A program made the position numbers and the translations under genes. A DNA stretch of 59,642 nt, the filler included. It is 6 parts of 6 records of this genome, joined end to end, with 100 filler letters (N's around TTAATTAATTAA, not from the genome) between each part and the next. Parts side by side here need not be neighbours in the genome. Positions count along the whole stretch, not along the records: positions 1 to 20,779 come from SRR31156797_862; 5 more parts are not named here. The stretch is one strand, 5' to 3'. The notes under the pieces are model-generated. The model was not told the origin of the DNA and searched no databases. It saw only the letters and a list, made by a program, of their open reading frames with translations. Shown piece by piece: positions 1 to 10,332 of this stretch (the stretch's first letter is position 1; each line of letters starts with the position of its first letter).

Positions 1-27
1 TACAAGCTATCCTTTCCATACCCTTTT

Positions 28-57
28 GGCCATTCAAGAGAGTGGCCTCTTTTTTTA
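28..57 (+). terminator. Rho-independent terminator-like hairpin
   Basis: GGCCATTC-aaga-GAGTGGCC stem followed by a T-run; probably ends a gene upstream of the window. Confidence 0.55.
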
Positions 58-141
58 TGTATTTTTTTTAGTTTTGTGTATTTTATATGAATAAAATATA
101 ATGCTTACATAACGCAATTTAGCATTACTGGCTGCTTAAAG

Positions 142-2307
142 CTATGAATTCTTTATCATTGAGAGTCCTACTCGCTGCTTAACCTTGTCAATGGAAATCA
201 CCCAGACAGTAACTATATCGCCGACTTTCACAACTTCGGATGGATGCTTGATATATCTCTCTGCCATTTTTGAGATGTGTACTAATCCGTCGTGGTGAAC
301 ACCAATATCTACGAATGCTCCGAAGTCGACAACATTTCGTACAGTTCCTTTTAGCTCCATGCCCTCTGTTAATGAGTCGATATCCAGCACATCCTTTCTT
401 AGCATTGGTTTAGGCAGCTCATCTCTAGGATCACGTCCTGGCTTTACTAACTCTGCAACGATATCTTTTAATGTCGGCTCACCCACATCAATATCTGAAG
501 CGATTTTTTTGATTCCTAAATCCTTTACTCTGTCCTGGAGATTTATTATTTTGCTATTGTCTACATCACCTTTGCTGTACCCGCATATAGTGAGAAGATT
601 GTTTGCTGCTTCGTATGATTCAGGATGCACACCTGTATTATCCAGATAGTTTGCACCGCCTGAAACTCGTAGGAAGCCTGCACATTGCTTGAATGCTTTA
701 GGTCCTAATTTTGCTACTTTCAATAATTGCTTACGGCTTGTGAATGTACCATTTTCATTTCTGAATTCAACTATATTCTTTGCAACTGTTGCTCCAATGC
801 CTGAAACATATGACAGAAGTTTCTCCGATGCGGTATTCAGGTCAACTCCTACAGCATTAACGCACGCTTCGACTACACCAGAAAGCGCACCGTCTAGTTT
901 TGACTTTGTAACATCGTGCTGATACTGACCTACTCCGATTGATTTTGGATCGATTTTTACAAGCTCAGCTAATGGATCCTGAAGTCGTCTTGCTATAGAT
1001 ATTGCACTCCTAAGGGTAAGGTCATACTCGGGGAATTCTTTTGCTGCCAATTTTGATGCAGAGTAAACAGATGCACCTGCTTCATTTACTACCATATATG
1101 ATACATCCTGTGGAATTTTTTTAATCAATTCAACTACAAACTCCTCTGATTCACGGCTGGCTGTACCATTTCCTATAGCTATAGTCTGGACATTATGTTC
1201 AGTAATTAATTTGGTAAGAACTTTCTTTGCTTCTTCTATCTTGCTTTGTGGTGGTGTAGGGTAGATAACAGTAGTATCTAGTGCTTTACCTGTGCCGTCT
1301 ACCACTGCTATTTTGCAGCCTGTTCTATATGCAGGATCTAGACCAAGGGTGATTTTGTCCTTTAGAGGTGGCTGCATCAGGAGATTCTTTAGGTTTATTG
1401 AGAATACACCAACTGCGTTATCCTCTGCAAGTTCTGTTAGGTTATTTCGTATTTCACGCTCAATAGATGGAGCTATAAGTCTGCTGTAGCCGTCAAGTGC
1501 AGAACGTGCTACAAGCTCTGCTGTAGGCATCTTTGGCTTGATAGTTTCTCTGTATATTATGCCCATAGCCTGAGTTTGATCTACGTCAATTTTTACCTTT
1601 AGATAGCCTTCCTTCTCTCCCCTATTGATTGCCAGTATTCTATGAGGAGGGATTCTCTTAATTTCTTCGTCATATTCTTTGTACATCTCGTACACGCTGT
1701 TATCTATATCTATTTCGCCTTTTTTAACACCGTCAACCAACAATATACCGTCTTTATTTGTAAATTCACGGATTTTTTTACGAATGACCGCATTGTTAGA
1801 AATATTTGCTGCGATTATATCCATTGCTCCGGCAATAGCATCGTCCGCAGACAGAACCTTTTTCTCTTCGTTAATATATTCCGCAGCAATTTCCATGATA
1901 TTTGTGGTATTTTTGTCCTGAGCAAAGATAATATCAGCCAGAGGCTCTAAGCCCTTTTCAATAGCGATAGTTGCTCTGGTACGCTTTGACTGCTTAAAGG
2001 GCAGATAGATATCGTCCAGCTCAGCATGGGTTTTCGCCTTTTCCAATGCTGATAGGATTTCATCTGTCATCTTTCCCTGTTCGGTAATCTTCTTTTTAAT
2101 ATCTTCTCTTTTCGCAATGAAATTATTAATGCTTGTTAATTTATCGCAGAATTCACGGAGAGTCTGATCATCCATGCTGTTGGTCATTTCTTTTCTGTAT
2201 CGAGCGATAAATGGTATTGTATTGCCTTCATCTACCAAGGATATGATATTGTTTGCTATAGTTACACTTACATTAAATTCATCTGATAGTTTTTTTGCTA
2301 TGTTCAT
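142..2307 (-). CDS. tex: Tex family RNA-binding transcriptional accessory protein
   Basis: GNTIPFIARYRKE N-terminus, YqgF-like LGLDPAYRTGCK, HhH repeats, C-terminal S1 domain (VRNVVDFGAFVDIG). Start moved to ATG 2307, which has a GAGG RBS. Confidence 0.95.
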   Translation of the reverse strand: MNIAKKLSDEFNVSVTIANNIISLVDEGNTIPFIARYRKEMTNSMDDQTLREFCDKLTSINNFIAKREDIKKKITEQGKMTDEILSALEKAKTHAELDDIYLPFKQSKRTRATIAIEKGLEPLADIIFAQDKNTTNIMEIAAEYINEEKKVLSADDAIAGAMDIIAANISNNAVIRKKIREFTNKDGILLVDGVKKGEIDIDNSVYEMYKEYDEEIKRIPPHRILAINRGEKEGYLKVKIDVDQTQAMGIIYRETIKPKMPTAELVARSALDGYSRLIAPSIEREIRNNLTELAEDNAVGVFSINLKNLLMQPPLKDKITLGLDPAYRTGCKIAVVDGTGKALDTTVIYPTPPQSKIEEAKKVLTKLITEHNVQTIAIGNGTASRESEEFVVELIKKIPQDVSYMVVNEAGASVYSASKLAAKEFPEYDLTLRSAISIARRLQDPLAELVKIDPKSIGVGQYQHDVTKSKLDGALSGVVEACVNAVGVDLNTASEKLLSYVSGIGATVAKNIVEFRNENGTFTSRKQLLKVAKLGPKAFKQCAGFLRVSGGANYLDNTGVHPESYEAANNLLTICGYSKGDVDNSKIINLQDRVKDLGIKKIASDIDVGEPTLKDIVAELVKPGRDPRDELPKPMLRKDVLDIDSLTEGMELKGTVRNVVDFGAFVDIGVHHDGLVHISKMAERYIKHPSEVVKVGDIVTVWVISIDKVKQRVGLSMIKNS

Positions 2308-2395
2308 ATATAACCTCTGACTATATTTTCTCGAGCTGATATTATAACATAAAAGGTATATTTTGATAAGCAAAATATGGTTATGAGTTTGGATT

Positions 2396-2433
2396 AAAAA
2401 GCACTACCAGATGGTTAAATATACTGGTAGTGT
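2396..2433 (-). terminator. Terminator after LysM gene
   Basis: CACTACCAG...CTGGTAGTG inverted repeat with an adjacent A5 (U-tract on the minus strand). Confidence 0.55.
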
Positions 2434-2445
2434 TGAGGAATTATA

Positions 2446-3228
2446 TTATGGCTTACAATATGGATGACCGGCTATAAAGTAGCACGGAGGATAGTTAGGA
2501 TTCATTTTTAAGATTTCATCAGGCGTTGTATTGGTCTTTTGTGCTAATTCTTCAATATTGTCGATGCAGTCAGGGATAATACATGAGTTATCACACATTG
2601 GCGTACAAGGGGAAGGAATAACACATAATTTTGTACCTGGAATTATATTGTTTGGATCAAAGTCAGGGTTGGCTGACATCAGTGAATTAAGTGAGACATT
2701 GCAGTTATCAAGGATAGAATACAACGTGTCATCGGATTGTACAGTATAAGTTGTATTCATACCTGCACATGGATAATCTTGAGGAATGCACAGTACTTCG
2801 CCTGCCTGATAATATCTTGGGTCAATATGAGGATTGTTCATAAGAAGTTCATCAACTGTCATAGAGAAACTCATTGCAATAGAGTATAGAGTTTCATTAG
2901 GCTTGATTGTGTAAAAAAAGCCGCTGCATTCAATGTTGATAGGAATGCACAAGTATTCTCCTGCATAGATTATATTTGGATTAGTAATTTGAGGATTGTT
3001 GTATAGAATAAGGTCAACGGTTGTATTATATTTTATTGCCAATGAATACAGTGTCTCATTAGGCTGAATCATGTGTTTTTTGGTTCCATATGGACATGTA
3101 ACAGGATATTGGCTTACAGTATCATTCATATTACCTATCATAGCTCCGTTCATACCCTGCATATATCTGGGATTCTGATGTGGATTATTATTCATACATG
3201 GAGGACGGTTTATTGGGTTGTATCTCAT
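2446..3228 (-). CDS. LysM repeat protein, SafA/SpoVID-like spore coat morphogenetic candidate
   Basis: Three clear LysM repeats (e.g. ETLYSLAIKYNTTVDLILYNNPQI) plus a degenerate fourth; no signal peptide; next to spoVA. Confidence 0.75.
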   Translation of the reverse strand: MRYNPINRPPCMNNNPHQNPRYMQGMNGAMIGNMNDTVSQYPVTCPYGTKKHMIQPNETLYSLAIKYNTTVDLILYNNPQITNPNIIYAGEYLCIPINIECSGFFYTIKPNETLYSIAMSFSMTVDELLMNNPHIDPRYYQAGEVLCIPQDYPCAGMNTTYTVQSDDTLYSILDNCNVSLNSLMSANPDFDPNNIIPGTKLCVIPSPCTPMCDNSCIIPDCIDNIEELAQKTNTTPDEILKMNPNYPPCYFIAGHPYCKP

Positions 3229-3332
3229 ATATATTGCTCCTATAATTAGATTAGTGCAATAGCACTTTTAGTAGCCATCTGGCTATGTATCTAAAAGAGA
3301 GCAAGCACATAAATTATGTACTTCTCTTTTGT

Positions 3333-3359
3333 AATATATGAAGCAATTAACTATGATGT
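3333..3359 (-). promoter_or_regulatory. Possible mother-cell (sigK/sigE-type) promoter
   Basis: Minus strand AC-N17-CATATATT upstream of the LysM gene; short motif in AT-rich DNA. Confidence 0.3.
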
Positions 3360-3367
3360 TACTTTTA

Positions 3368-3724
3368 TTAAGTTTTTGACTTGGATGAGAATATTAATGA
3401 ATAGACAAGTGCGAATGTTATTACGACACCAAGTCCGCCGGCAACTGACTTCATACCGCCGATAAAAGCACCGATAATGCCTTTTTCACCTACTTCGTTT
3501 ATTACGCCCTGAGCCAGCGAATGACCAAAACCTGTCAAAGGAATGGTTGCACCGCATCCTCCGAACTGGACTAAGTATTCATATAAGCCAATAGCAGACA
3601 GAAAAGTGCCAGCAACAACGTATCCTACCAGAATCTTGGCAGGAGGTATATGAAAAATTATCATTAGTATTTCTGCTATGGCGCAGATTATACCGCCTGT
3701 AATAAAAACTTTAATTAGTTCCAT
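3368..3724 (-). CDS. spoVAE: Stage V sporulation protein AE (SpoVAEb-type)
   Basis: GGIICAIAE, GATIPLTGFGHSL motifs; follows spoVAD. Confidence 0.92.
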   Translation of the reverse strand: MELIKVFITGGIICAIAEILMIIFHIPPAKILVGYVVAGTFLSAIGLYEYLVQFGGCGATIPLTGFGHSLAQGVINEVGEKGIIGAFIGGMKSVAGGLGVVITFALVYSLIFSSKSKT

Positions 3725-4724
3725 TAATCTTTTTCTCCTTTCTTTCTATACACACACCGTGTGCAATACCTGGTATGCTTTCGCCTTGTAGGACGCTGTT
3801 AGTTGATAATAGTGCTCCAGTTGCTACATACAGAATTTTGTTTATCTTACCCTCATCCATCTCGTTTAGTATCCTTGCACATATATATAGTGCAGAGCAG
3901 CCGCACCCAGAGCCTCCGCAGGCTCTTTTTTCATCATTTCCAAAGATAGATATACCGCAGTCCAGGTGATTTTTTCTTATGGAAAATCCCTGCTCTGCCA
4001 TTAGGATATACAGCATATCTGTACCGATAATTCCCAAGTCTCCTGTTATGATGTAATCATAGTCATCTATGTCTTCTTTTGATTCATTAAAATAGTTAAT
4101 GATAGTGTCACAAGCTGCAGGAGCCATTGCTGCACCCATATTGGCTGCATCTTTTATTTCATAATCTATTATTTTGCCAATAATAACTCTGGTAACATTG
4201 ATTTCGCATTCTTGGCTGGATAGTATTACGCTCCCAGCACCAGTTACAGTCCATTGAGTAGTTGAAGCCCTCTGATTACCAAATTCCAAAGGATAGCGGA
4301 ACTGCCTCTCCGCAGAAGAGAAGTGAGATGATGTTGCACTGATGGCGTATTTTCCGTAGTTTGACAGAACAAGTGAATTAATCAGAATAGATTCTGCAAA
4401 GGTGGAACAAGCACCGTATATACCCAAAAACGGTATAGCTAAATCTCTGGCTGAGTAGTTGGAGGAGAAAATCTGATTCAGCAAATCACCTCCGGACATG
4501 TAATCTATGTCATCCCTTGTAAGCCCTGCTTTTTCCAGTACACCGTTTACCACGCACTTAAAGAATGCTAATTCGGATTTCTCAAAGGAATTTTCATGCA
4601 TATTATCATGGTCAAATGTCCATTCTATCTTTTGACCTATAGGTCCATGCTTTTCAAGGGGTCCGCCTGCAGAAGTATAAGCCGCAATTCCTATGGGTTT
4701 GATTAATTCTAAGTATTTGCTCAT
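3711..4724 (-). CDS. spoVAD: Stage V sporulation protein AD
   Basis: GDLLNQ, GIYGACST, SHFSSAERQFRYPLEFG, NMGAAMAPAA, GGSGCGCS. Confidence 0.96.
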   Translation of the reverse strand: MSKYLELIKPIGIAAYTSAGGPLEKHGPIGQKIEWTFDHDNMHENSFEKSELAFFKCVVNGVLEKAGLTRDDIDYMSGGDLLNQIFSSNYSARDLAIPFLGIYGACSTFAESILINSLVLSNYGKYAISATSSHFSSAERQFRYPLEFGNQRASTTQWTVTGAGSVILSSQECEINVTRVIIGKIIDYEIKDAANMGAAMAPAACDTIINYFNESKEDIDDYDYIITGDLGIIGTDMLYILMAEQGFSIRKNHLDCGISIFGNDEKRACGGSGCGCSALYICARILNEMDEGKINKILYVATGALLSTNSVLQGESIPGIAHGVCIERKEKKINGTN

Positions 4725-4725
4725 A

Positions 4726-5166
4726 CTAACCTCCCATGGTGAATAAAAAATGTATAAGTCCGACGATTACAGAGGCAGATATACCAAGCACTATTACAGG
4801 ACCTGCTATTGTAAACATTTTTACGCATGTACCCATTAATATGCCTTCCTTTTTATATTCAATAGCTGGGGAGGTAACTGAGTTTGCAAATCCTGTAACA
4901 GGGACTATTGAGCCTGCTCCTGCAAATTCACCAATCTTATCGTATATTCCAAAGCTGGTTAAAGTACAGCCAATAAATATCATAAACATGGTGGTATATC
5001 CGTATGCTTCTTCAATCTTTATATCATTGTTTTTCAGAAGTAAAAAAAACAGCTGTGCCAGTACACAGATAATACCACCGACTATAAATGAGCGTAATAT
5101 GCTTTGACCTATTTTACTCTGGGGGTTTCTTTCCTTTACCAATTTATTATAATCTTTTGTATTCAT
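4726..5166 (-). CDS. spoVAC: Stage V sporulation protein AC
   Basis: GAGSIVPVTGFANS, KMFTIAGPVIV; GGAGG RBS. Confidence 0.95.
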   Translation of the reverse strand: MNTKDYNKLVKERNPQSKIGQSILRSFIVGGIICVLAQLFFLLLKNNDIKIEEAYGYTTMFMIFIGCTLTSFGIYDKIGEFAGAGSIVPVTGFANSVTSPAIEYKKEGILMGTCVKMFTIAGPVIVLGISASVIVGLIHFLFTMGG

Positions 5167-5263
5167 AATTCCTCCTGCAAAAGGTATTGATTATTTCTTT
5201 TACTTAGTTTTTCTTGAAATTAAAAATTTATAATGTGAAATAATTGGATTAAATAAAAATGTG

Positions 5264-5288
5264 AAAAAGAGAGGCGGTTTTACGCCTC
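5264..5288 (-). terminator. Terminator directly after spoIIAB
   Basis: GAGGCG-6nt-CGCCTC stem, followed on the minus strand by TCTTTTT. Confidence 0.6.
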
Positions 5289-5323
5289 AACTTATAAGAG
5301 AAATATAAGAAATGAAAATATTG

Positions 5324-5779
5324 CTATATTGCTTGTGCTGTGTCCTCTTTTGCCCGATTATTTATTGTTTTTGATAATATTACTGTAGTACCTGAGCCAA
5401 GAGTGCTCACTACCTGAACATCGTCCATAAAGGCTTCCATAATTGTAAATCCCATTCCGCTTCTCTCCATATGAGTGCGGGTTGAGAAGAAAGGCTGCTT
5501 GGCTTTTTCGATGTCCTCTATACCACATCCGAAGTCAGTTATATTGATTATCAAAGTGTCTTCATCAACTGTAACCGTAATATCGATGATGTTTCTTTCA
5601 TCATTATCATAGGCATGGACAACCGAATTGGTGACTGATTCGCTGACTGCTGTTTGAATATCGCTTAACTGTTCTAATGTGGGAGAGAGCCTTGCTGCAA
5701 AAGCTCCTACTACTGCTCTGGCAAAACTCTCATTGTTAGGTCTTGCCTCTATGATTAACTGCATTGTTTCTTTATTCAT
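5324..5779 (-). CDS. spoIIAB: Anti-sigma F factor / serine kinase
   Basis: NESFARAVV, ESVTNSVVHAY (N box), DFGCGI, ERSGMGFTIME. Confidence 0.93.
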   Translation of the reverse strand: MNKETMQLIIEARPNNESFARAVVGAFAARLSPTLEQLSDIQTAVSESVTNSVVHAYDNDERNIIDITVTVDEDTLIINITDFGCGIEDIEKAKQPFFSTRTHMERSGMGFTIMEAFMDDVQVVSTLGSGTTVILSKTINNRAKEDTAQAI

Positions 5780-5810
5780 AAATCCTCCGAAGTTAAAACT
5801 TTATCATTTG

Positions 5811-6116
5811 TTATATTATAGTAGCGTATTTATTCACACAAGCTAATTCCAATACTTTCTTCACTCTCTCTGTAGCATTTACTATTCGTATTCTACCGTC
5901 AATCTGATATATCTTTTTTATTCTGCCTAAAATAAACCCAATACCTGCGCTGTCCATGAAGCTGACTGCTGTATAATCCAGCTGCAGAATTTCTGGCTCA
6001 TACCACATAATCAGATCGTCAACGCTCTGTCTGAAAGTATTTATAGTAAAATGATCCATCTCTCCAGACAGGTAAATTATGAGCCTTTTGTTATTGTAAC
6101 TATGACTGAAATTCAT
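5811..6116 (-). CDS. spoIIAA: Anti-sigma F factor antagonist (STAS)
   Basis: LSGEMDH and FMDSAGIGFILGR with the phospho-acceptor Ser; upstream of spoIIAB. Confidence 0.9.
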   Translation of the reverse strand: MNFSHSYNNKRLIIYLSGEMDHFTINTFRQSVDDLIMWYEPEILQLDYTAVSFMDSAGIGFILGRIKKIYQIDGRIRIVNATERVKKVLELACVNKYATII

Positions 6117-6165
6117 TGTGTTAAACCTCCGTTATCATATTGTCATATATTGACTGCCATTTTAT

Positions 6166-6195
6166 TGTCGAGTAATGTTATAATTAATTGTCGAA
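6166..6195 (+). promoter_or_regulatory. Two Spo0A boxes upstream of spoIIAA
   Basis: Perfect TGTCGAA at 6189-6195 and TGTCGAG at 6166-6172; spoIIA is a known Spo0A target. Confidence 0.7.
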
Positions 6196-6297
6196 TAAAA
6201 GGCTATTGATTAATTTTATTATATGCATATAATATTTTTATATACGTGTAATAAACAACAATATTTTTGGATATAATAAGAAAGGCATAAATTACAA

Positions 6298-8874
6298 ATG
6301 GAGATAAAGATGGCAAGAGGCAAGCACAAAAAAGCCAGCAGATTTCAAAAAATAATGACTATTTTATTAGCGGTATTCCTAGTAGGGATTATCGCTTGCT
6401 GTGTTGCTTTTGCCCTATTAGTAGATACGACAAGCTGGGAGAACTTTGACCCGCAATCTATGACAAATGTCAGTCAGACACTCTACGTTTACGATAATAT
6501 GGGACAAGAAGTAGCTGGCTTATATAAGGAAAACAGAACTTATATATCAATTGATGAGATACCAGGACATGTTCAGGATGCATTTATTGCTATTGAGGAT
6601 ACCAGATTCTACAAACACAACGGTATAGATTATAAAAGATTTTTAGGATCATTATTTGCAAATATAAAGAGCAGAAGCTTCGCACAGGGCTTCTCCACAA
6701 TCAGTCAGCAGCTGATAAAGAATACACACCTTACTACAGAAAAGACTATTAATAGAAAAGTACAGGAGATGTATCTGGCAACAAGGCTGGAGAATAAGTA
6801 TACAAAAGATGAGATTATGGAGATGTACCTAAACTACGTTTATTTCGGAAATGGTGCATACGGCATTGAAGCTGCGGCACAGAGCTATTTCGGTAAATCT
6901 GCTAGTGAGCTTACAATTGCAGAGGGAGCTATGCTGGCAGGCGTTATCAACGCTCCTGGTGTTTATGCTCCGCATATTGATCTAGAGAAATCTGTAGAGA
7001 GACGAAATCTAGTAATTTCCCAGATGTATAAATATGAATTAATTTCTCTGGAAGAAAAGGAAGAGAGCCAGAATGAAGAGCCTCTCCTGAATCTATCCAG
7101 ACCAAATAACACTCAGTATGGACAGTTTGTGGATTATGCTGTAGATGAGGCATCAGCTATTCTTGGAATGAGCTATGAAAACATGACATCATCAGGCTAC
7201 AAAATCTATACGACTATGGATACTGAAACTCAATCTTCAGCACAGATGCATTTCTCTAATCCTGAGTTGTTCCCTGACAATGCAGATGACGATACTATTG
7301 TAGAGGGTGCGGCTGTAGTAATAGATTCAACATCTGGTGCTGTTAAGGCTATAATCGGCGGCAGAGAGTATACAGCAAAGGGCTTTAACCGAGCAGTTGA
7401 TATGAGACGTCAGCCGGGTTCTACCATTAAGCCTATACTAGTATACGGACCAGCTATCGACAGAAACGGATATAATGGTGCAACTCTAATTGAGGACAAG
7501 GAGATAAACATAAACGGCTATGCACCGAATAACTATAATAATTCGTTCAGCGGCTGGGTGAGCGCACGTAAAGCAGTAAAATCCTCGCTGAATATTCCTG
7601 CTGTATTAGTACTAAATGATATAGGAGTATCAACAGGTAAGGATTATGCTGAGCGTTCAGGTATTGTATTTGATGAAACAGATAATCACCTATCTTTGGC
7701 ATTAGGCGGCTTTAAATATGGTGTTACTGTAATGGAGTTAGCAGGCAGCTATATGCCATATGCCAATTCAGGTATGTATATTGAGCCATATGTAATAACA
7801 CGGATAGAGGATAGCTACGGTAATGAGGTATATACTCATGAAGTACATATTGAGCAGATTCTTCAATCTTCTTCAGCATTTATTATGACTGATATTTTGG
7901 AGGATACTGCAGAAAGCGGTACAGCACACAGAGCAAATATCAGCGGTATTGATGTAGCTGGTAAAACAGGAACAGTCAGCTATAAAAGCGGTTTAGGGGT
8001 AAATGATGCATGGACTGTAGCATACACAACGGAGGATATTATTGCTGTTTGGAACGGTTTTGATATGCCCAGTGATACTCATACAATGAGCTCATCTGCA
8101 ACTGGCGGCAGATATCCTGCATTGATGATTAATGCAATATTAAGCGATATATATTCCAATCATTCACCAGCGGATTTCCCAAAACATCCTGACGTAGTAA
8201 GCGTGCGTCTGGATTCTGTATTGTATGAGGAATATCAGCAGATAGCATTAGCCACAGAATATACACCAGAGGATAAAGCATTCTATGAGTACTTTAAAGT
8301 GCAAAATCAGCCAGTTAATGTTTCTCCTTATTGGCAGATACCACAGACTGTTACAGACCTGACAGGAAGCCTTAACCAAGATAATCAGCCGGTGCTTAGC
8401 TTTACACCACCGCAGATGTTTATGATATATTCCCTTGTTCGTCAGCAGGATACGGAGGAATTAAGCGATGCAGTACCGATTGCAACCTTTGATGGAGCCA
8501 GTGGAACGGTAAGCTATATAGACACTGATGAATTAGGCGGTAAATACAAATATTTTGTAATACCATATAATCCAAATGTACCTGTAGATGCAGGATATCT
8601 AGCAGGAGAATCAAGCGCATGGGTTGAGGTCAATGTACCTATTGAGAATGATTGGGGCTTTGAAGATGGCTTCGACTTTAGCTGGGACAATGGTGAAGGC
8701 TCATTTTGGCCCTGGAACAACGGAAATAAAGATGATGATAAAGAAGATAACAAAAAAGACGAACAGGTGACACCAACACCTGAAGCATCTCCGTCGCCGA
8801 CACCAACTCTACTGCCTACTGCTACACCTGAGGAAGAGACATCTTCTGATGATTCACAGACGACGGAAAGCTAA
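6298..8874 (+). CDS. Class A penicillin-binding protein (PBP1A family)
   Basis: N-terminal TM; transglycosylase motifs EDTRF, STISQQLIK, RKVQE; transpeptidase STIK, SLN, KTG; Pro/Thr/acidic tail. Confidence 0.93.
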   Translation: MEIKMARGKHKKASRFQKIMTILLAVFLVGIIACCVAFALLVDTTSWENFDPQSMTNVSQTLYVYDNMGQEVAGLYKENRTYISIDEIPGHVQDAFIAIEDTRFYKHNGIDYKRFLGSLFANIKSRSFAQGFSTISQQLIKNTHLTTEKTINRKVQEMYLATRLENKYTKDEIMEMYLNYVYFGNGAYGIEAAAQSYFGKSASELTIAEGAMLAGVINAPGVYAPHIDLEKSVERRNLVISQMYKYELISLEEKEESQNEEPLLNLSRPNNTQYGQFVDYAVDEASAILGMSYENMTSSGYKIYTTMDTETQSSAQMHFSNPELFPDNADDDTIVEGAAVVIDSTSGAVKAIIGGREYTAKGFNRAVDMRRQPGSTIKPILVYGPAIDRNGYNGATLIEDKEININGYAPNNYNNSFSGWVSARKAVKSSLNIPAVLVLNDIGVSTGKDYAERSGIVFDETDNHLSLALGGFKYGVTVMELAGSYMPYANSGMYIEPYVITRIEDSYGNEVYTHEVHIEQILQSSSAFIMTDILEDTAESGTAHRANISGIDVAGKTGTVSYKSGLGVNDAWTVAYTTEDIIAVWNGFDMPSDTHTMSSSATGGRYPALMINAILSDIYSNHSPADFPKHPDVVSVRLDSVLYEEYQQIALATEYTPEDKAFYEYFKVQNQPVNVSPYWQIPQTVTDLTGSLNQDNQPVLSFTPPQMFMIYSLVRQQDTEELSDAVPIATFDGASGTVSYIDTDELGGKYKYFVIPYNPNVPVDAGYLAGESSAWVEVNVPIENDWGFEDGFDFSWDNGEGSFWPWNNGNKDDDKEDNKKDEQVTPTPEASPSPTPTLLPTATPEEETSSDDSQTTES

Positions 8875-9007
8875 TAAATATTCTTTGAGCATTAAGAAAA
8901 TAGCTTTGTTTATTTGTATTAAAGAAATTAATATTGTATAATTAAATGTATGTGATAGTGTGCTTTATCAGGCTGCTATCACATACACTTATTGTGATGA
9001 TTATATT

Positions 9008-10324
9008 ATGAACAAACTTGCCGTAAAACTTATTATTATATTTTGTATACTATCCATATTGGTTTTTGGAGGGTGTACTTTTTTTGCTCTGAATTTGTAT
9101 CATCAGGCGCAGGAAGAACTAGAGAGAGTAAATGCCCAATATGCCGATGAGGAGGTTATAAGGACTTACGAAATCTGGACTAATAATACACCTCTAGCGT
9201 ATACAGATGGTATGTCGGTAAATGATTATCAGGGATACAATGCAATTTATAAATTTAATTCCACCTATTTTGTAAGCTACAGCGAATACTGGGATCAGTC
9301 AAAGCTACATGATTTGGCTATTGAGATGTATAATAATGTCCATGGTGAGGAGATTAACTACGTTGCACGAGTGGAATTAGTGGATGGAGAGACAGAAGCT
9401 TACGCAGGATACCAAACAAGTGAGTATGAGAATTTCAGTGTTCCAATTGCATTATACGGTGCAATGCCATTGTCTATGACTATGGATGTTGTATCTAGGT
9501 TTTCTGTTATCAGGCTGACAGGGGCTGATACCAACACTACAGTTGAAACTATGGCAAGAACATTGAGCCATGAGTATGGACATCATTACACTCAGTATTA
9601 CTTTGGTTTTACAGGAACCAACAATGACCTGCATACTGATTACTATGAAATCAGAAACGAATCAGGGTATGATATATATGCTGTAGCACCATCTGAAGAG
9701 TACTATATGACAAATCATATGTGGCATATACAGGAAATTGCAGCTGAGGATTATGTATACTTTATGGGTTCACCCAATGCACACAATGCAATTGATTATA
9801 AGGACACTGAGGAGCTGGTGGAGGTCTTTTCCAGCAATAATGCACAATACGAGAAACTGGAACAGTTAAATACGTTGAATGCATATAACTCAATACCTCA
9901 TGAGAATCCAGTGCTTAGATCACCAAATGAGGTGACTGGATTAGCACAATATTACTATAGCTTCGTTGGGGAATCACCTCCAGACTATACACAAGTAGTA
10001 ACAAAAGATTTAAATATTCATGTTGAGCCAGATGGTGAATATGGATATAAAATTACATGGTCGCAGTACTACACTGATCCAAGTACGACATATACCCTGC
10101 TTGCATATGATGCAAATGATAATATTATTTGGATTGTTCGTACAACAAATGGGGATGAACCGGGAACTGCTAAAATAGGTAAACAAATCATAGTAAATAG
10201 TATGGCTGAATATTCACTGGATGATGGTATTCCATCCAATGGATATGTCAGATTTCGTGTGGTAACTGTACTGCCGGATTCAACGGCATATTACTCACTT
10301 CCCTACGACGTTAATTTCACCTAA
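9008..10324 (+). CDS. Membrane-anchored putative zinc metallopeptidase
   Basis: N-terminal TM, HEYGH (HExxH) and downstream EIAAED; start taken at ATG 9008. Confidence 0.6.
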   Translation: MNKLAVKLIIIFCILSILVFGGCTFFALNLYHQAQEELERVNAQYADEEVIRTYEIWTNNTPLAYTDGMSVNDYQGYNAIYKFNSTYFVSYSEYWDQSKLHDLAIEMYNNVHGEEINYVARVELVDGETEAYAGYQTSEYENFSVPIALYGAMPLSMTMDVVSRFSVIRLTGADTNTTVETMARTLSHEYGHHYTQYYFGFTGTNNDLHTDYYEIRNESGYDIYAVAPSEEYYMTNHMWHIQEIAAEDYVYFMGSPNAHNAIDYKDTEELVEVFSSNNAQYEKLEQLNTLNAYNSIPHENPVLRSPNEVTGLAQYYYSFVGESPPDYTQVVTKDLNIHVEPDGEYGYKITWSQYYTDPSTTYTLLAYDANDNIIWIVRTTNGDEPGTAKIGKQIIVNSMAEYSLDDGIPSNGYVRFRVVTVLPDSTAYYSLPYDVNFT

Positions 10325-10332
10325 AGGATAGT

